Assembly (NCBI GenBank): GCA_963715335.1
Contig: CAVQRZ010000033.1
Location: 1 to 64,000, forward strand
Direction of reading: 5' to 3'
Length of the DNA stretch: 64,000 bases
DNA from: an uncultured delta proteobacterium
GTDB taxonomy: Bacteria > Desulfobacterota > Desulfuromonadia > Desulfuromonadales > BM103
The notes under the pieces were generated by a model, which saw only the letters and a list, made by a program, of their open reading frames with translations, made no database searches and was not told the DNA's origin. Below, in pieces: positions 33,819 to 43,625 of this stretch. The translations under genes and the position numbers were made by a program. Numbering within the stretch: the stretch's first letter is position 1; every line of letters begins with the position of its first letter.

Positions 33819-34607
33819 ATGTCACGTGAATTCAAAAATAGAGTCAGGGAACAATTCGGTCGCGCGGCGGACGGCTATATCCATGACAAGGGCTTTGCCA
33901 CCGGCGATGACCTTGAGATGATGGTTCAGCTGCTGAAGCCAATGCCTGACGACAATATGCTTGACGTCGCCTGCGGCGGCGGGCATACGGCTTTGCGTTT
34001 TGCTCCTCTGGTGCGCAGCGTGGTTGCCTCTGACCTGACCATGGTCATGCTGAAGAAGGCCCAGGAATTCATCAGCGAGGAAGGTGGAGTTGACAATGTC
34101 ACTTTTCGCGAAGCTGACGCCGAGGACCTGCCCTTCCCCGCCGGAGCGTTTACCCTCCTGACCTGCCGCATCGCGCCACACCACTTCCCCGATGTCAGCC
34201 GGGCCTTGAGTGAGTTTCACCGCGTTCTCCGTCGCGGCGGACGCATAGCCATAGTCGACACGGTGCTGCCGGACGACCCTGAAATTGCGGCCTGGTACCA
34301 GGAAATGGAGAAAATGCGCGACCCGACCCATATCCAGGCCTATACTGAAGAAGATTGGAAAGAAAGGATCCAGAACGCCGGCTTCATCCTGCACCAGACG
34401 GCGACCATCCCGAAAACCCACGATTTTCCAGTCTGGGCCAAACGGGCCGGACTGAACCGCAAGGGGATTGCGGAGCTCAACAAGTTCTTTGTCGAGGCTC
34501 CGGACAAGGTTCAGGATTACTATCACATCGAAACTTTTGCCGGTGAAGTCGAAGCTTACACTGACCGCAAAGTTCTCGTTTATGCGAGCCGGCCGCCCAA
34601 GAAATAG
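33819..34607 (+). CDS. Class I SAM-dependent methyltransferase (type 11)
   Basis: 'LDVACGGGH', 'DAEDLPF', 'RIAPHHF'. Confidence 0.9.
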   Translation: MSREFKNRVREQFGRAADGYIHDKGFATGDDLEMMVQLLKPMPDDNMLDVACGGGHTALRFAPLVRSVVASDLTMVMLKKAQEFISEEGGVDNVTFREADAEDLPFPAGAFTLLTCRIAPHHFPDVSRALSEFHRVLRRGGRIAIVDTVLPDDPEIAAWYQEMEKMRDPTHIQAYTEEDWKERIQNAGFILHQTATIPKTHDFPVWAKRAGLNRKGIAELNKFFVEAPDKVQDYYHIETFAGEVEAYTDRKVLVYASRPPKK

Positions 34608-34762
34608 TCAACGAAAAGAATTCTTTAAAAAACCGAAGCGCCCCCTGATTTGGGGCGCTTTTGTTTTTTAAACAGCTTTACAGCTTTAAGGCCTTACAGC
34701 CTCCTCTGTTGATTTGTGCTATTCTTCAAACAGTCTGTATCATTTCAAAACCGGAAGAGGTC

Positions 34763-35518
34763 ATGAGCACTGAACGCGCAGCAAGGCTTTTCTCCATACT
34801 GTTTTTACCAATCGTCCTGCAACTGTTGACCAGTCCTGCCTTCGCCCTCGATGTTGAGGCACTGGTCCGCAACGTCGAGCAGCAATACATGGGCGCATCG
34901 TCAAGGGCGCTGACGACCATGCAGGTCAAAACCAGCCACTGGGAACGGTCCCTGGAGATGGAAGCATGGTCGCTGGGCCGCGACTATTTCCTGGTGCGCA
35001 TCATCGAACCGGCCAAGGAACGCGATGTCGCCACCCTGAAGAGGGCTCGGGAAGTCTGGAATTATCTGCCCAAAGTCGACCGGGTCATCAAGATCCCGCC
35101 ATCAATGATGGGCGGCAGCTGGATGGGCAGTCATATAACCAATGACGATCTGGTCAAAGCCAACCATATCGAGAAGGATTACGACCTGCGCCTGATCGAG
35201 GAAACCGAAACCCATTTCCTTGTCGAATGCCTGCCGAAAACCGATTCGGCAGTCGTCTGGGGGAAAATTGTCTACAAGATCAACAGGACTCCCCAGGTCC
35301 CCGAACAAATCGATTATTATGACGAGGAGATGGTTCGCGTCCGTGAAATCCATTTTGACGATGTCCAGCAGATCGGCGAGCGTACCGTGCCGTTGCGCCT
35401 GACCGTTCTGCCCCTGGAGAAACCTGACGAACAGACGATCCTGCATTATCGGCAACTGGTCTTCGACCTGCCCCTCGACGAGACCTACTTTTCCCTGCGC
35501 AATCTCAAAAAACCCTGA
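34763..35518 (+). CDS. Outer-membrane lipoprotein-sorting (LolA-like) periplasmic protein
   Basis: Signal peptide; 'WNYLPKVDRVIKIP', 'WMGSHITNDD'. Confidence 0.8.
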   Translation: MSTERAARLFSILFLPIVLQLLTSPAFALDVEALVRNVEQQYMGASSRALTTMQVKTSHWERSLEMEAWSLGRDYFLVRIIEPAKERDVATLKRAREVWNYLPKVDRVIKIPPSMMGGSWMGSHITNDDLVKANHIEKDYDLRLIEETETHFLVECLPKTDSAVVWGKIVYKINRTPQVPEQIDYYDEEMVRVREIHFDDVQQIGERTVPLRLTVLPLEKPDEQTILHYRQLVFDLPLDETYFSLRNLKKP

Positions 35519-35520
35519 CC

Positions 35521-36744
35521 ATGCTGCTGACCCTGGCTTTTCGCAACCTCTGGCGCAACCGACGCCGCACCCTGCTGACTCTCTCGGCAATGGTGGTCTC
35601 AGCCGCATTGCTGATCCTCGCCCTCGGCGTCTTTTCCGGCATGTTCCGGGATATGCTGGCTTCCGCTACCGAGCAATATTACGGGCACCTGGTCCTGGCG
35701 CATGCCGACTATCATGAACGACGCGACCTGTTTGCCAATCTCGACGAAGAGATCGCATCCCGGTATATCTCCAGAGAAGACCCCGAAATCATCGGCATGT
35801 CGCCGCGGCTGCGCAGCTTCGGCCTGATCTCGCTTCTGGAGACCAGTCAACCGGTGGAAATACTCGGCATCATCCCCGATAAGGAGAAGCAGGTCACGTC
35901 ACTACAAACCAAGCTAATTGCCGGCGTTTACCCCTCTGATGCGGTAAGCAACGGTGCACTGATCGGCCAGGGGCTTGCCCGCAAACTGAGAGTGAAGACC
36001 GGCGACGAGATGGTCTTCGTCACCCAGGCGGCTGACGGCTCAATCGGCAACGACCTGTTGATTATCACCGGCATATTCGCAACGGGCGACAGCCGTAACG
36101 ACAACAACCTGGTCCTGGCCCCCTTGCAGTGGGTCCAGAAGATCATGGTTCTGCCGGGGCGCATTCACGAAGTTGCCATAACCCTGGCCGATCCGATGCT
36201 GGCGGCCCGGGCTGCAGACCGGCTCAACCCACACTTGCCGGACAATGTGGAGATCCTCGACTGGGGCGACCTGCTGCCGGAAATGCGCGAAGTCATTGCG
36301 GCTTACGATGTCAGCCGCATGATCATTGTCACCATCCTTTACCTGGCCACCGGTCTTGGCATTCTCAATACCTTTTTCATGTCGGTCATGGAACGGACCC
36401 GCGAGTTTGGCATCCTCATGGCACAGGGGATGCGTCCCTGGACAATCCGCGGCCTGGTCCTGCTTGAGACCTGCTTACTGGGCTGCATCGCTCTGGCGAT
36501 CGGCTTGACATGCGGCGCGCTTATGACCCTTTACATGCAGCAAATCGGAATCGACCTGGCTGAATACATCACTCCGGTTACTTATGCAGGCGGTACGATC
36601 CTGCCGCGCCTGCATGCCGTGTTTGAGGCGGGCAACTTCTACGTTCCTGCCGGCATGTTGCTGCTCGTCAGCCTGATCGCCGGTTTCCTGCCAGCCAACC
36701 GGGCGGCACGCCTCGATCCGGTCCAGGCAATCAGGGAGGTGTGA
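35521..36744 (+). CDS. ABC transporter permease (LolC/E, FtsX-like)
   Basis: 'RNLWRNRRRT', 'ERTREFG', 'PANRAARLDP'. Confidence 0.9.
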   Translation: MLLTLAFRNLWRNRRRTLLTLSAMVVSAALLILALGVFSGMFRDMLASATEQYYGHLVLAHADYHERRDLFANLDEEIASRYISREDPEIIGMSPRLRSFGLISLLETSQPVEILGIIPDKEKQVTSLQTKLIAGVYPSDAVSNGALIGQGLARKLRVKTGDEMVFVTQAADGSIGNDLLIITGIFATGDSRNDNNLVLAPLQWVQKIMVLPGRIHEVAITLADPMLAARAADRLNPHLPDNVEILDWGDLLPEMREVIAAYDVSRMIIVTILYLATGLGILNTFFMSVMERTREFGILMAQGMRPWTIRGLVLLETCLLGCIALAIGLTCGALMTLYMQQIGIDLAEYITPVTYAGGTILPRLHAVFEAGNFYVPAGMLLLVSLIAGFLPANRAARLDPVQAIREV

Positions 36745-36747
36745 CGC

Positions 36748-37980
36748 ATGGATCTCGTCAGACTGGCCTGGAAGAATATCTGGCGCAACCGGCGCCGCAC
36801 GCTTATCACCCTGACCGCCATCGCCTTCAGCATCATGCTGGTGCAGGCGTTGCACAACCTGTCTTACGGTGTCTACGCGGGGATGGTCGACAGCGGTGTG
36901 CGCGCCGGCTCGGGGCATATTGCCATCTACCGCAACAACTATCTTGAGAGCCGCGACGAAACCCTGCATTTCAGGGATGGCTCCCTGATTGACGACATCT
37001 CGCAGATCGACGGCGTCGAACAGGTCCTGCCTCGCCTGTATATCCCCGCGCTCGCTCAATCAAGCCGGGAAAGCCGGGGAGTAATGCTGATCGGGGTTGA
37101 TCCGGAGCGGGAACGCCGGATCAACCCTTTTCTTAAAACAATCCCTGCCGACAGCATGATTCGTGCTGTGGATTCCCGCGACGCAGTGATCGGGGCCAGG
37201 CTGCTCGACGAACTGCAGATCCTGCCTGGCCAGAAATTCGTTGTCACGGCACGGCATGAGGACGGGACCCTGCACAGCGAACTGCTGCGCGTGCGCGGTG
37301 TCGTCAACTCCGGCATGAAGGATATCGACAGTTCACTGATCCTGGTCGGCCGTGGACGTGCGGCCCTGTTGACCGGCAACTCCGGTTCGGTCCATGAACT
37401 GGCTGTGATTCTCACGGAGGCAGGGCTGGAGGCGGCGGTCCATCGACAGGTTGCGGCAATGCTGTCGGCGGAACAGGATATCCTGGCGGTCAGCTGGGAA
37501 GAGGCGATGCCGAATCTTGCAAACGCCATCAAGCTGGACTATGCAAGCCAGAAGTTCATCTTTATGATTATCCTGCTGATCGTCGCGATTGGTGTCATCA
37601 ACACCCTGCTGATGTCCGTCATGGAGCGCATGCGTGAGTTTGGCGTTATCCTTGCCCTGGGCTCGAAGCCGATGACCCTGCGCTGCATGATCATGCTGGA
37701 AGCCATGATCCTGGGGTTGCTCGCCGCGGCCGTTGGCACGGTACTCGGGTGCCTGGCAACCTGGTACCTGGTTGCGGTGGGTATTGACCTGGCTGACCTG
37801 GTCCCGGAAACCCTTGAATTCGGCGGGGTTGTTTTCGATCCGATCATGCGGGCCAGCTGGGACCCGACATGGATGTTCCGCATAGCCGTTTATGTGGTCG
37901 GCCTGACTCTGCTTGCGGCAGCCTATCCTGCCATCAAGGCCGGGCGCACCACGCCATTGGAAGGGATGCGCCATCATTAA
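36748..37980 (+). CDS. ABC transporter permease (LolC/E, FtsX-like)
   Basis: 'KNIWRNRRRT', 'ERMREFG', 'YPAIKA'. Confidence 0.9.
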   Translation: MDLVRLAWKNIWRNRRRTLITLTAIAFSIMLVQALHNLSYGVYAGMVDSGVRAGSGHIAIYRNNYLESRDETLHFRDGSLIDDISQIDGVEQVLPRLYIPALAQSSRESRGVMLIGVDPERERRINPFLKTIPADSMIRAVDSRDAVIGARLLDELQILPGQKFVVTARHEDGTLHSELLRVRGVVNSGMKDIDSSLILVGRGRAALLTGNSGSVHELAVILTEAGLEAAVHRQVAAMLSAEQDILAVSWEEAMPNLANAIKLDYASQKFIFMIILLIVAIGVINTLLMSVMERMREFGVILALGSKPMTLRCMIMLEAMILGLLAAAVGTVLGCLATWYLVAVGIDLADLVPETLEFGGVVFDPIMRASWDPTWMFRIAVYVVGLTLLAAAYPAIKAGRTTPLEGMRHH

Positions 37981-37988
37981 ACAAGGAA

Positions 37989-38050
37989 GCGCGTGGCGCG
38001 TAGCGAGTAGTGCGATTTTTCTCGCCACTCGCCACTCGCCATTCGCCACG
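37989..38050. repeat. Inverted heptanucleotide repeat (TGGCGAG-like / CTCGCCA)
   Basis: Degenerate GTGGCGC/GTAGCGA units facing CTCGCCA x3 plus TTCGCCA. Confidence 0.7.
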
Positions 38051-38055
38051 AGAAA

Positions 38056-38745
38056 ATGTCTCTGATTGAACTGCAGAATGTTTCAAGAATATACCGCCTT
38101 GGCAACCAGGAGATCCGGGCCCTCACGGACGTGTCCCTGACTTTCGAGGCCGGAGAGTTCGCCGTATTCGCCGGACCATCCGGCAGCGGCAAGACAACGG
38201 CTTTGAACCTGATCGGCTGCCTTGATCACCCGACCTCCGGGCACGTCATCGTCAATGGGCTCGACCTCGGTACGGCCAGCAAGAGAGCGTTGGCAGATTT
38301 TCGTCTGCAGAACATCGGCTTTATCTTCCAGTCGTACAACCTGATTCCGGTTCTGACCGCCGCCGAGAATGCCGAATTCACCCTGATGTTGCAGAAAGTC
38401 CCGAAACCGGCGCGTCGGCAGAAAGTGCTCAGGTTGTTTGCCGAACTCGGCATCGATGGGCTGGAAAACCGTCGCCCCGTTGATCTGTCGGGTGGCCAAC
38501 AACAGCGGGTGGCGATTGCCAGGGCCATGGCGGCAGACCCGCACGTCATTCTGGCGGACGAGCCAACAGCCAACCTCGATTCCCGCACGGCCGAGGAACT
38601 TCTGGAGCTGATGCGACGACTCAACCGGGAGCAGGGCACCACCTTCATCTTCAGTTCCCACGATGACAGGGTCATCGCACAGGCGCGCAGGGTCATCCAC
38701 TTGCAGGACGGCGGCCTGACCGATGACGTAACGACCAGCACATGA
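38056..38745 (+). CDS. ABC transporter ATP-binding protein (LolD-like)
   Basis: 'GPSGSGKT', 'LSGGQQQRV', 'ADEPT'. Confidence 0.95.
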   Translation: MSLIELQNVSRIYRLGNQEIRALTDVSLTFEAGEFAVFAGPSGSGKTTALNLIGCLDHPTSGHVIVNGLDLGTASKRALADFRLQNIGFIFQSYNLIPVLTAAENAEFTLMLQKVPKPARRQKVLRLFAELGIDGLENRRPVDLSGGQQQRVAIARAMAADPHVILADEPTANLDSRTAEELLELMRRLNREQGTTFIFSSHDDRVIAQARRVIHLQDGGLTDDVTTST

Positions 38746-39968
38746 ATTTCATCAAGCTGAAGATCGCACGCTGTCTGTACAGTATAATCTTCTGCCATGC
38801 GGTGGTCTTGCTACCCGTGCCTGCTCTGGCTGAGGGGCTGCAATGGAGCGGCTTCGTCAAGTCGCTCAACGTGTATATCGAGGAGGCGCCTGCCGGCCTG
38901 GCACCCGAATACTGGATCAGCAGCAATAATGCCCGGCTGGATGTCACATGGCAGTTATCTGATACCTGGCAGCTTGAGACGGCGCTTGACTACCAGTACC
39001 TCTGGAGCGATCCTGCCGGGTTTCACGGGCTTGAAACCATTGATTATAATCGCAGGCTTGACCTGGAGAAGAGCTGGCAACACGACGAACATGGCGCCAG
39101 CCGCTTGCAGGTCGATCGTATCAACCTGCAGCGGCAGAACGGAGCTGTCGATACGACTATTGGTCGGCAGGCAATCGGCTTCGGTCGCATCCTCGTCTTC
39201 TCACCACTCGATGTTATTGCCCCTTTCGCTCCTGATGCAATTGACACGGACGTGCGCAGCGGCGTCGATGCCCTGCATACGATCTTCAATTACGGCATTG
39301 ATGGACAGGTCGGTGCCATCGCGGTGTGGGGGGAGGAGGCTGAGTTCAACTCCTATCTCGGCACCTGGTCGGATAACCGGGCCGGGCTCGACCTCCTGAT
39401 GATCGGTGGCAAACTGCGCGGCCGCAACATGATTGGCACCGGGCTTGCCGGCAGCCTCGGGACACTTGGCCTGAAGGGTGAAATCAGCGTCTATGACGGC
39501 AAAGACACCGGCGAAATCGACGGCGACCTGCATGATTCTTTCACGGTTGCAGCAGTTGAGGCGTGGTACCGCTTTGCAAATGGCCTTTCACTGGTCACCC
39601 AGTATCTTTATAACGGCCCCGGAGTCAATGACCCCGAAGATTATCCTGCAGCTCTCGCATCGGCCCCCTTGCAGGAAGGGTTGACCTACCTGCTCGGTCG
39701 GCATTACCTGATTATTGCGCCCGCCTACGAGATCCACCCCCTGGCAACATTACAGGGGCTGATTATTTACAATATCGACGATGAATCAGCGTTGCTGCGT
39801 CCCACCCTCGACCTCAGCCTGGCTGACAATCTTTCCCTGCAGGCGTTCTGGACCTGGCATTCCGGAGAATCCCCGGAAGCTGTCTCGTCGTTGCTGCCGG
39901 CGCTGCCACGCAGTGAATTCGGTACGTTCGGTGACAGTGGCGGGGTCTTTATCAAGTGGTTTTTTTAA
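38742..39968 (+). CDS. Putative outer-membrane beta-barrel protein
   Basis: Signal peptide; 'IGRQAIGFG'; amphipathic strands; C-terminal 'KWFF'. Confidence 0.7.
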   Translation: MNFIKLKIARCLYSIIFCHAVVLLPVPALAEGLQWSGFVKSLNVYIEEAPAGLAPEYWISSNNARLDVTWQLSDTWQLETALDYQYLWSDPAGFHGLETIDYNRRLDLEKSWQHDEHGASRLQVDRINLQRQNGAVDTTIGRQAIGFGRILVFSPLDVIAPFAPDAIDTDVRSGVDALHTIFNYGIDGQVGAIAVWGEEAEFNSYLGTWSDNRAGLDLLMIGGKLRGRNMIGTGLAGSLGTLGLKGEISVYDGKDTGEIDGDLHDSFTVAAVEAWYRFANGLSLVTQYLYNGPGVNDPEDYPAALASAPLQEGLTYLLGRHYLIIAPAYEIHPLATLQGLIIYNIDDESALLRPTLDLSLADNLSLQAFWTWHSGESPEAVSSLLPALPRSEFGTFGDSGGVFIKWFF

Positions 39969-40052
39969 GTCCCATCCCCCCCCAACAAAAAAAACGCGTC
40001 GAGCTGTTGCAGGCACGTAAATATCTGTTAGTATTAGTTAATATTGCTCTAA

Positions 40053-40355
40053 GTTGCAGTTCTGAAATTCACCATCCAGATCGAGTTCGATTTCGACCGA
40101 GCCGGGGTATGCCCCGCATATCGAGACGTCCTCCGTAAAGCAGCTGCGTTCATCAACAAGTACCCGGACACCCAGTTCCTGATTGCCGGGCACACTGACA
40201 GCAGGGGGGTCGAAGAATTCGGCATTGCGGCCCATTTGATGACACCGCGCGGCTATGGCGAGAGTCAACCGGTTGCAAGCAATGACACCGACGAAGGTCG
40301 TCAGGCTAACCGCCGCGTCGAAGTGATCTGCTGTGTGATCCTTCCACCAGCATAA
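40053..40355 (+). pseudogene. OmpA-family C-terminal domain remnant
   Basis: Open frame with no start codon ahead of the domain: 'IEFDFD..IAGHTDSRG..GYGESQPVASNDT.EGRQANRRVEV'; the N..LS..RA helix is missing. Confidence 0.75.
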
Positions 40356-40501
40356 AAATTTATTGCAGGCAACAGAGGGACAAAGGGCCGACAATGGGGT
40401 GTCGGCCCTTTTATTTTATCGATGCCAGTCGAGCTTCTGCAGCGCTCACCGCGAGGCAGAATGGCATTGCAGTGAACGGGTCGCGATCGGGGATTAAATC
40501 A

Positions 40502-41149
40502 TCAGCGGAGACGCTCGGCTACCATCAGGTAAGGGGCCTGGTCGCGATTGGCAACGCGCAACAGGAGAACTTGCCATATGTCGCGCGGCAGGGTGGTGAA
40601 CAAGTTGTCGACCCTCTGCGCCTCTTCCATCCCCCCGCAGTGGCCAGGGTAAACCGTAACCGCAAGGCGACCACCAACCGACAACAGGTCAAGCGACTGC
40701 GTAATGGCCGAAAGAGTCGACTCGGGACGGGTAATCAGCGTGCGGTCGCCTCCGGGGAGATACCCGAGGTTTGCCGTAATTGCCATGGCACGGCGCGACA
40801 GCAGTCTCTTCAGGGAACTGTGACAGGCATGCACCAGGACGATCTCATGTCCTGTCGGGATCTCCCGGTCCTCTGTCCAGCTCTCTACAGCATAGCCATG
40901 GCCCTGCAGCAATTCACCAGTCTGTTGCAGTGCTCCGGCCTGCGTATCGAATGACACCACCTGCCCTGCATGCCCAACCGCTTCTGCAAGGGCAAGGGTA
41001 TCACGACCTTTACCCGCAGTCAGGTCAATGGCCAAGTCGCCAGGGTTGAGAACCTCGCAGACCAGCTTCTGGCTCCAGGTGACAATGCGGATCAGGGAAG
41101 AACGGTTTATTGGTAGAGCGCGTCCCTCACTTCGCGCTTCGCACTTCAT
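40502..41149 (-). CDS. MnmM/YtqB-like SAM-dependent methyltransferase (start uncertain)
   Basis: 'DLTAGKGRDT', 'NLGYLPGGD', 'YPGH.GG.EE'. Confidence 0.8.
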   Translation of the reverse strand: MKCEARSEGRALPINRSSLIRIVTWSQKLVCEVLNPGDLAIDLTAGKGRDTLALAEAVGHAGQVVSFDTQAGALQQTGELLQGHGYAVESWTEDREIPTGHEIVLVHACHSSLKRLLSRRAMAITANLGYLPGGDRTLITRPESTLSAITQSLDLLSVGGRLAVTVYPGHCGGMEEAQRVDNLFTTLPRDIWQVLLLRVANRDQAPYLMVAERLR

Positions 41150-41585
41150 CCAGTACCTTCAGCTTGCGATCAATCACATCCTTGTGATCAAGACGCAGCA
41201 GGGCTGCCAGTTGTCGGGCCAGTGCATCCTCGAATTTATCGAGCGTGCCGTCTGCATAAATCACTCGCCAGATCCCTTCCATGACATCCGCTTTTTCCTC
41301 GCGGCTGAAATGGGCATTGATCTCCCGGGCAAATTGAAAAAGGTCTGCACTCTCTTCACGATGCTGGTGAGAATAATCGATCAACTCGGCAACCGCTGCT
41401 GGCGAAAGGTTGAATGTGTTGGCAAGCAGTTCGTGGACAATTTTTGCCTCGACGGACTGGTAGTGCCCATCACTGTGGGCAACCTCCATAAGCAAAGCGC
41501 AGGTGGCCACCTGGACCCTCTCAAAGCGGCCTTCCTCGGCAGACACAGCGTCAGCCTGCAATAATGACATGATCCGGTCGAACAT
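41127..41585 (-). CDS. TerB-family protein
   Basis: 'ALLMEVAHSDG', 'WRVIYADG.LD..E'. Confidence 0.8.
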   Translation of the reverse strand: MFDRIMSLLQADAVSAEEGRFERVQVATCALLMEVAHSDGHYQSVEAKIVHELLANTFNLSPAAVAELIDYSHQHREESADLFQFAREINAHFSREEKADVMEGIWRVIYADGTLDKFEDALARQLAALLRLDHKDVIDRKLKVLDEVRSAK

Positions 41586-41590
41586 CTGCT

Positions 41591-41926
41591 TTACGCATCC
41601 TTGTGAAAGTTGATAATCCGGGCCTTTTCCAGGGTAACCAAGCCGCCCTGGAGCATATCTTCGATAAGTGGTAGCACGTCATCAATCTTGTCCTGGCGAT
41701 CAACGACTTCAATGACCACCGGCAGATCGCTGCTTAAACGCAAGAAGCGGTCGGAATGCACCTTACTCCGGCCACCGTAGCCCATGGCACCCTTTATGAC
41801 CGTGGCTCCGGCCACCCCCTGATCACGAAACAGCTCAATCAGGGCTTCGTAGAGAGGCTGCTTCTGGAAGCGATCGCTCTCGCCGACAAAGATTCGCAAC
41901 AGCACCATCTCTTCCTGTTTTAACAT
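41591..41926 (-). CDS. DUF190 (PII-like) protein
   Basis: 'LRIFVGESD', 'GATV..G.MGYG', 'DLPVVIEVVD'; directly after crcB. Confidence 0.88.
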   Translation of the reverse strand: MLKQEEMVLLRIFVGESDRFQKQPLYEALIELFRDQGVAGATVIKGAMGYGGRSKVHSDRFLRLSSDLPVVIEVVDRQDKIDDVLPLIEDMLQGGLVTLEKARIINFHKDA

Positions 41927-41939
41927 CATCTCCTCGCTT

Positions 41940-42314
41940 TCATATCTGGCGCGCCAGATAGATGCCGACAACAGCGGCCGCGACACAAACTATCACATTG
42001 AGCAGGATATTTGCCCCGGCAGCAACCAGGCTCCCCTCTTCCAGCAGCCGAACGGTTTCGTAGGAAAAGGTTGAAAAGGTTGTGAACCCACCCAAGAAGC
42101 CAACTGTCAGGCCGATGCGCAGATCCGGGCTCAGGAGCGTACTGCGCAGGCTGCCTTCCATGATCAGGCCGAGCAGCAGAGAGCCGATCACGTTGACGGC
42201 CAGGGTACCATAAGGGAAGGTTCTTCCCGCGAGGTTATACATCCAGCCAGAGATCAGGTAGCGGGTGACGCAGCCAAGTCCACCGAATATGCCAAGATAG
42301 AAAATTTTCACCAA
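41940..42314 (-). CDS. crcB: Fluoride channel Fluc
   Basis: 'FPYGTLAVN', 'GFLGGFTTFSTF'. Confidence 0.95.
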   Translation of the reverse strand: MVKIFYLGIFGGLGCVTRYLISGWMYNLAGRTFPYGTLAVNVIGSLLLGLIMEGSLRSTLLSPDLRIGLTVGFLGGFTTFSTFSYETVRLLEEGSLVAAGANILLNVIVCVAAAVVGIYLARQI

Positions 42315-42610
42315 AACCGTGCTTTCTAGAAATGTTTTTGAAAAAGTGCGTCGAATTCAGAGCCGCAAGCCGGGCAAAGAACTCTCCCCCTCTCCCTGTC
42401 CGGATTGGTAGCGCACGCAGATGCCAAAGCTATCAAGGCAAGACCCACAATCAACCAGCGAAAGATGTGCATGGCTTTCCTCCTGATCCCGTTTCGACCA
42501 CAAAGCAGATTTCGCAGACATTATGCGGGGGGGCCTGCAAAGTGTCAACTGATCCGGCAGGATTTTCATTGATTGCCCTTGCGCAATGACATTCAATTTG
42601 GTATATATAT

Positions 42611-42637
42611 TTGGCACTCTCCATACATGAGTGCCAA
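42611..42637. promoter_or_regulatory. CIRCE (HrcA operator) upstream of rpoH
   Basis: TTGGCACTC-N9-GAGTGCCAA versus consensus TTAGCACTC-N9-GAGTGCTAA. Confidence 0.9.
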
Positions 42638-42664
42638 CACATCGATCTTAAAAGGTAAAAACGC

Positions 42665-43510
42665 ATGAATACACTAAACTTACCCGTCACATCCGATACT
42701 TTCGAGCACTACATGGTGCAGGTAAACAGGTTTGATCTGTTAAGCGCCGAAGAAGAGTACGATCTGGCAGTCAGGCATATGCGCGATGGTGACATGGCCT
42801 CCGCCCATCGCCTGATCTGTGCCAACCTGCGTTTTGTCGTCAAGGTTGCCAACGAATACCGTGGTTATGGTCTGCGCCTGCTCGATCTCGTTCAGGAGGG
42901 CAATGTCGGACTGATGATGGCCGTCAAGAAATTCGACCCGGCCCGTGGCACGCGCCTGATCACCTATGCCGTCTGGTGGATTCGCGCCTACATACAGAGC
43001 TACATCATGCGCAACTGGTCGCTGGTCAAAATCGGCACGACCCAGATGCAGAAGAAACTTTTCTTCAAGCTTGCCCAGACCCGTAATGCCCTGCTCAACC
43101 ATACCGGGACTGAGGATCTTGGGGAGATCGCCCGGGAGCTTGATGTTAATGAAGAGGTCGTTAGCGAGATGAGCCAGCGCATGGGCCGCCGGGACGCCTC
43201 GCTCGATGTCGAACTAACCGAAGGCGAAGGCTATACATTGCTCCACACTCTGCCTGACAGAGCCGACAATCAGGAGACTCTTCTGCTTGCAAACGAGGAA
43301 CACCGGCTGAACAAGGAGAGGACGCAGACGGCCCTGTCAATTCTGAACGTGCGTGAACGCCATATTATCAGGCAACGGATTCTCGCTGATTCCCCGTCCA
43401 CCCTGCAGGACATTGCCGATGAATACGGCATCAGTCGTGAGCGTGTCCGCCAAATAGAACAGAACGCCCTGCAGAAACTGCGCAAGGCAATGACAGACGA
43501 ACCCGGCTGA
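42665..43510 (+). CDS. rpoH: RNA polymerase sigma-32 factor
   Basis: 'DLVQEGNVGLM', RpoH box 'QKKLFFKL', 'SRERVRQIE'. Confidence 0.93.
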   Translation: MNTLNLPVTSDTFEHYMVQVNRFDLLSAEEEYDLAVRHMRDGDMASAHRLICANLRFVVKVANEYRGYGLRLLDLVQEGNVGLMMAVKKFDPARGTRLITYAVWWIRAYIQSYIMRNWSLVKIGTTQMQKKLFFKLAQTRNALLNHTGTEDLGEIARELDVNEEVVSEMSQRMGRRDASLDVELTEGEGYTLLHTLPDRADNQETLLLANEEHRLNKERTQTALSILNVRERHIIRQRILADSPSTLQDIADEYGISRERVRQIEQNALQKLRKAMTDEPG

Positions 43511-43625
43511 AAACCGCTTCCGCCATTGAAGAAACCATTGACAAACTGCTTGTGATACCGTTATTTAGTGGCTTCACCTTCAAGCAGCCTGCGTATTACC
43601 AATCTCATCGTCGGGGTAAGTCAGA

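Noticed and set aside
32829..38050. CRISPR array
   Set aside because: The repeats are 7-8-bp tandem units without unique spacers, and there are no cas genes
42315..42600. Fluoride riboswitch upstream of crcB
   Set aside because: I could not find the GGCGATGG..GCTGATG core on the minus strand; an Infernal search would settle it
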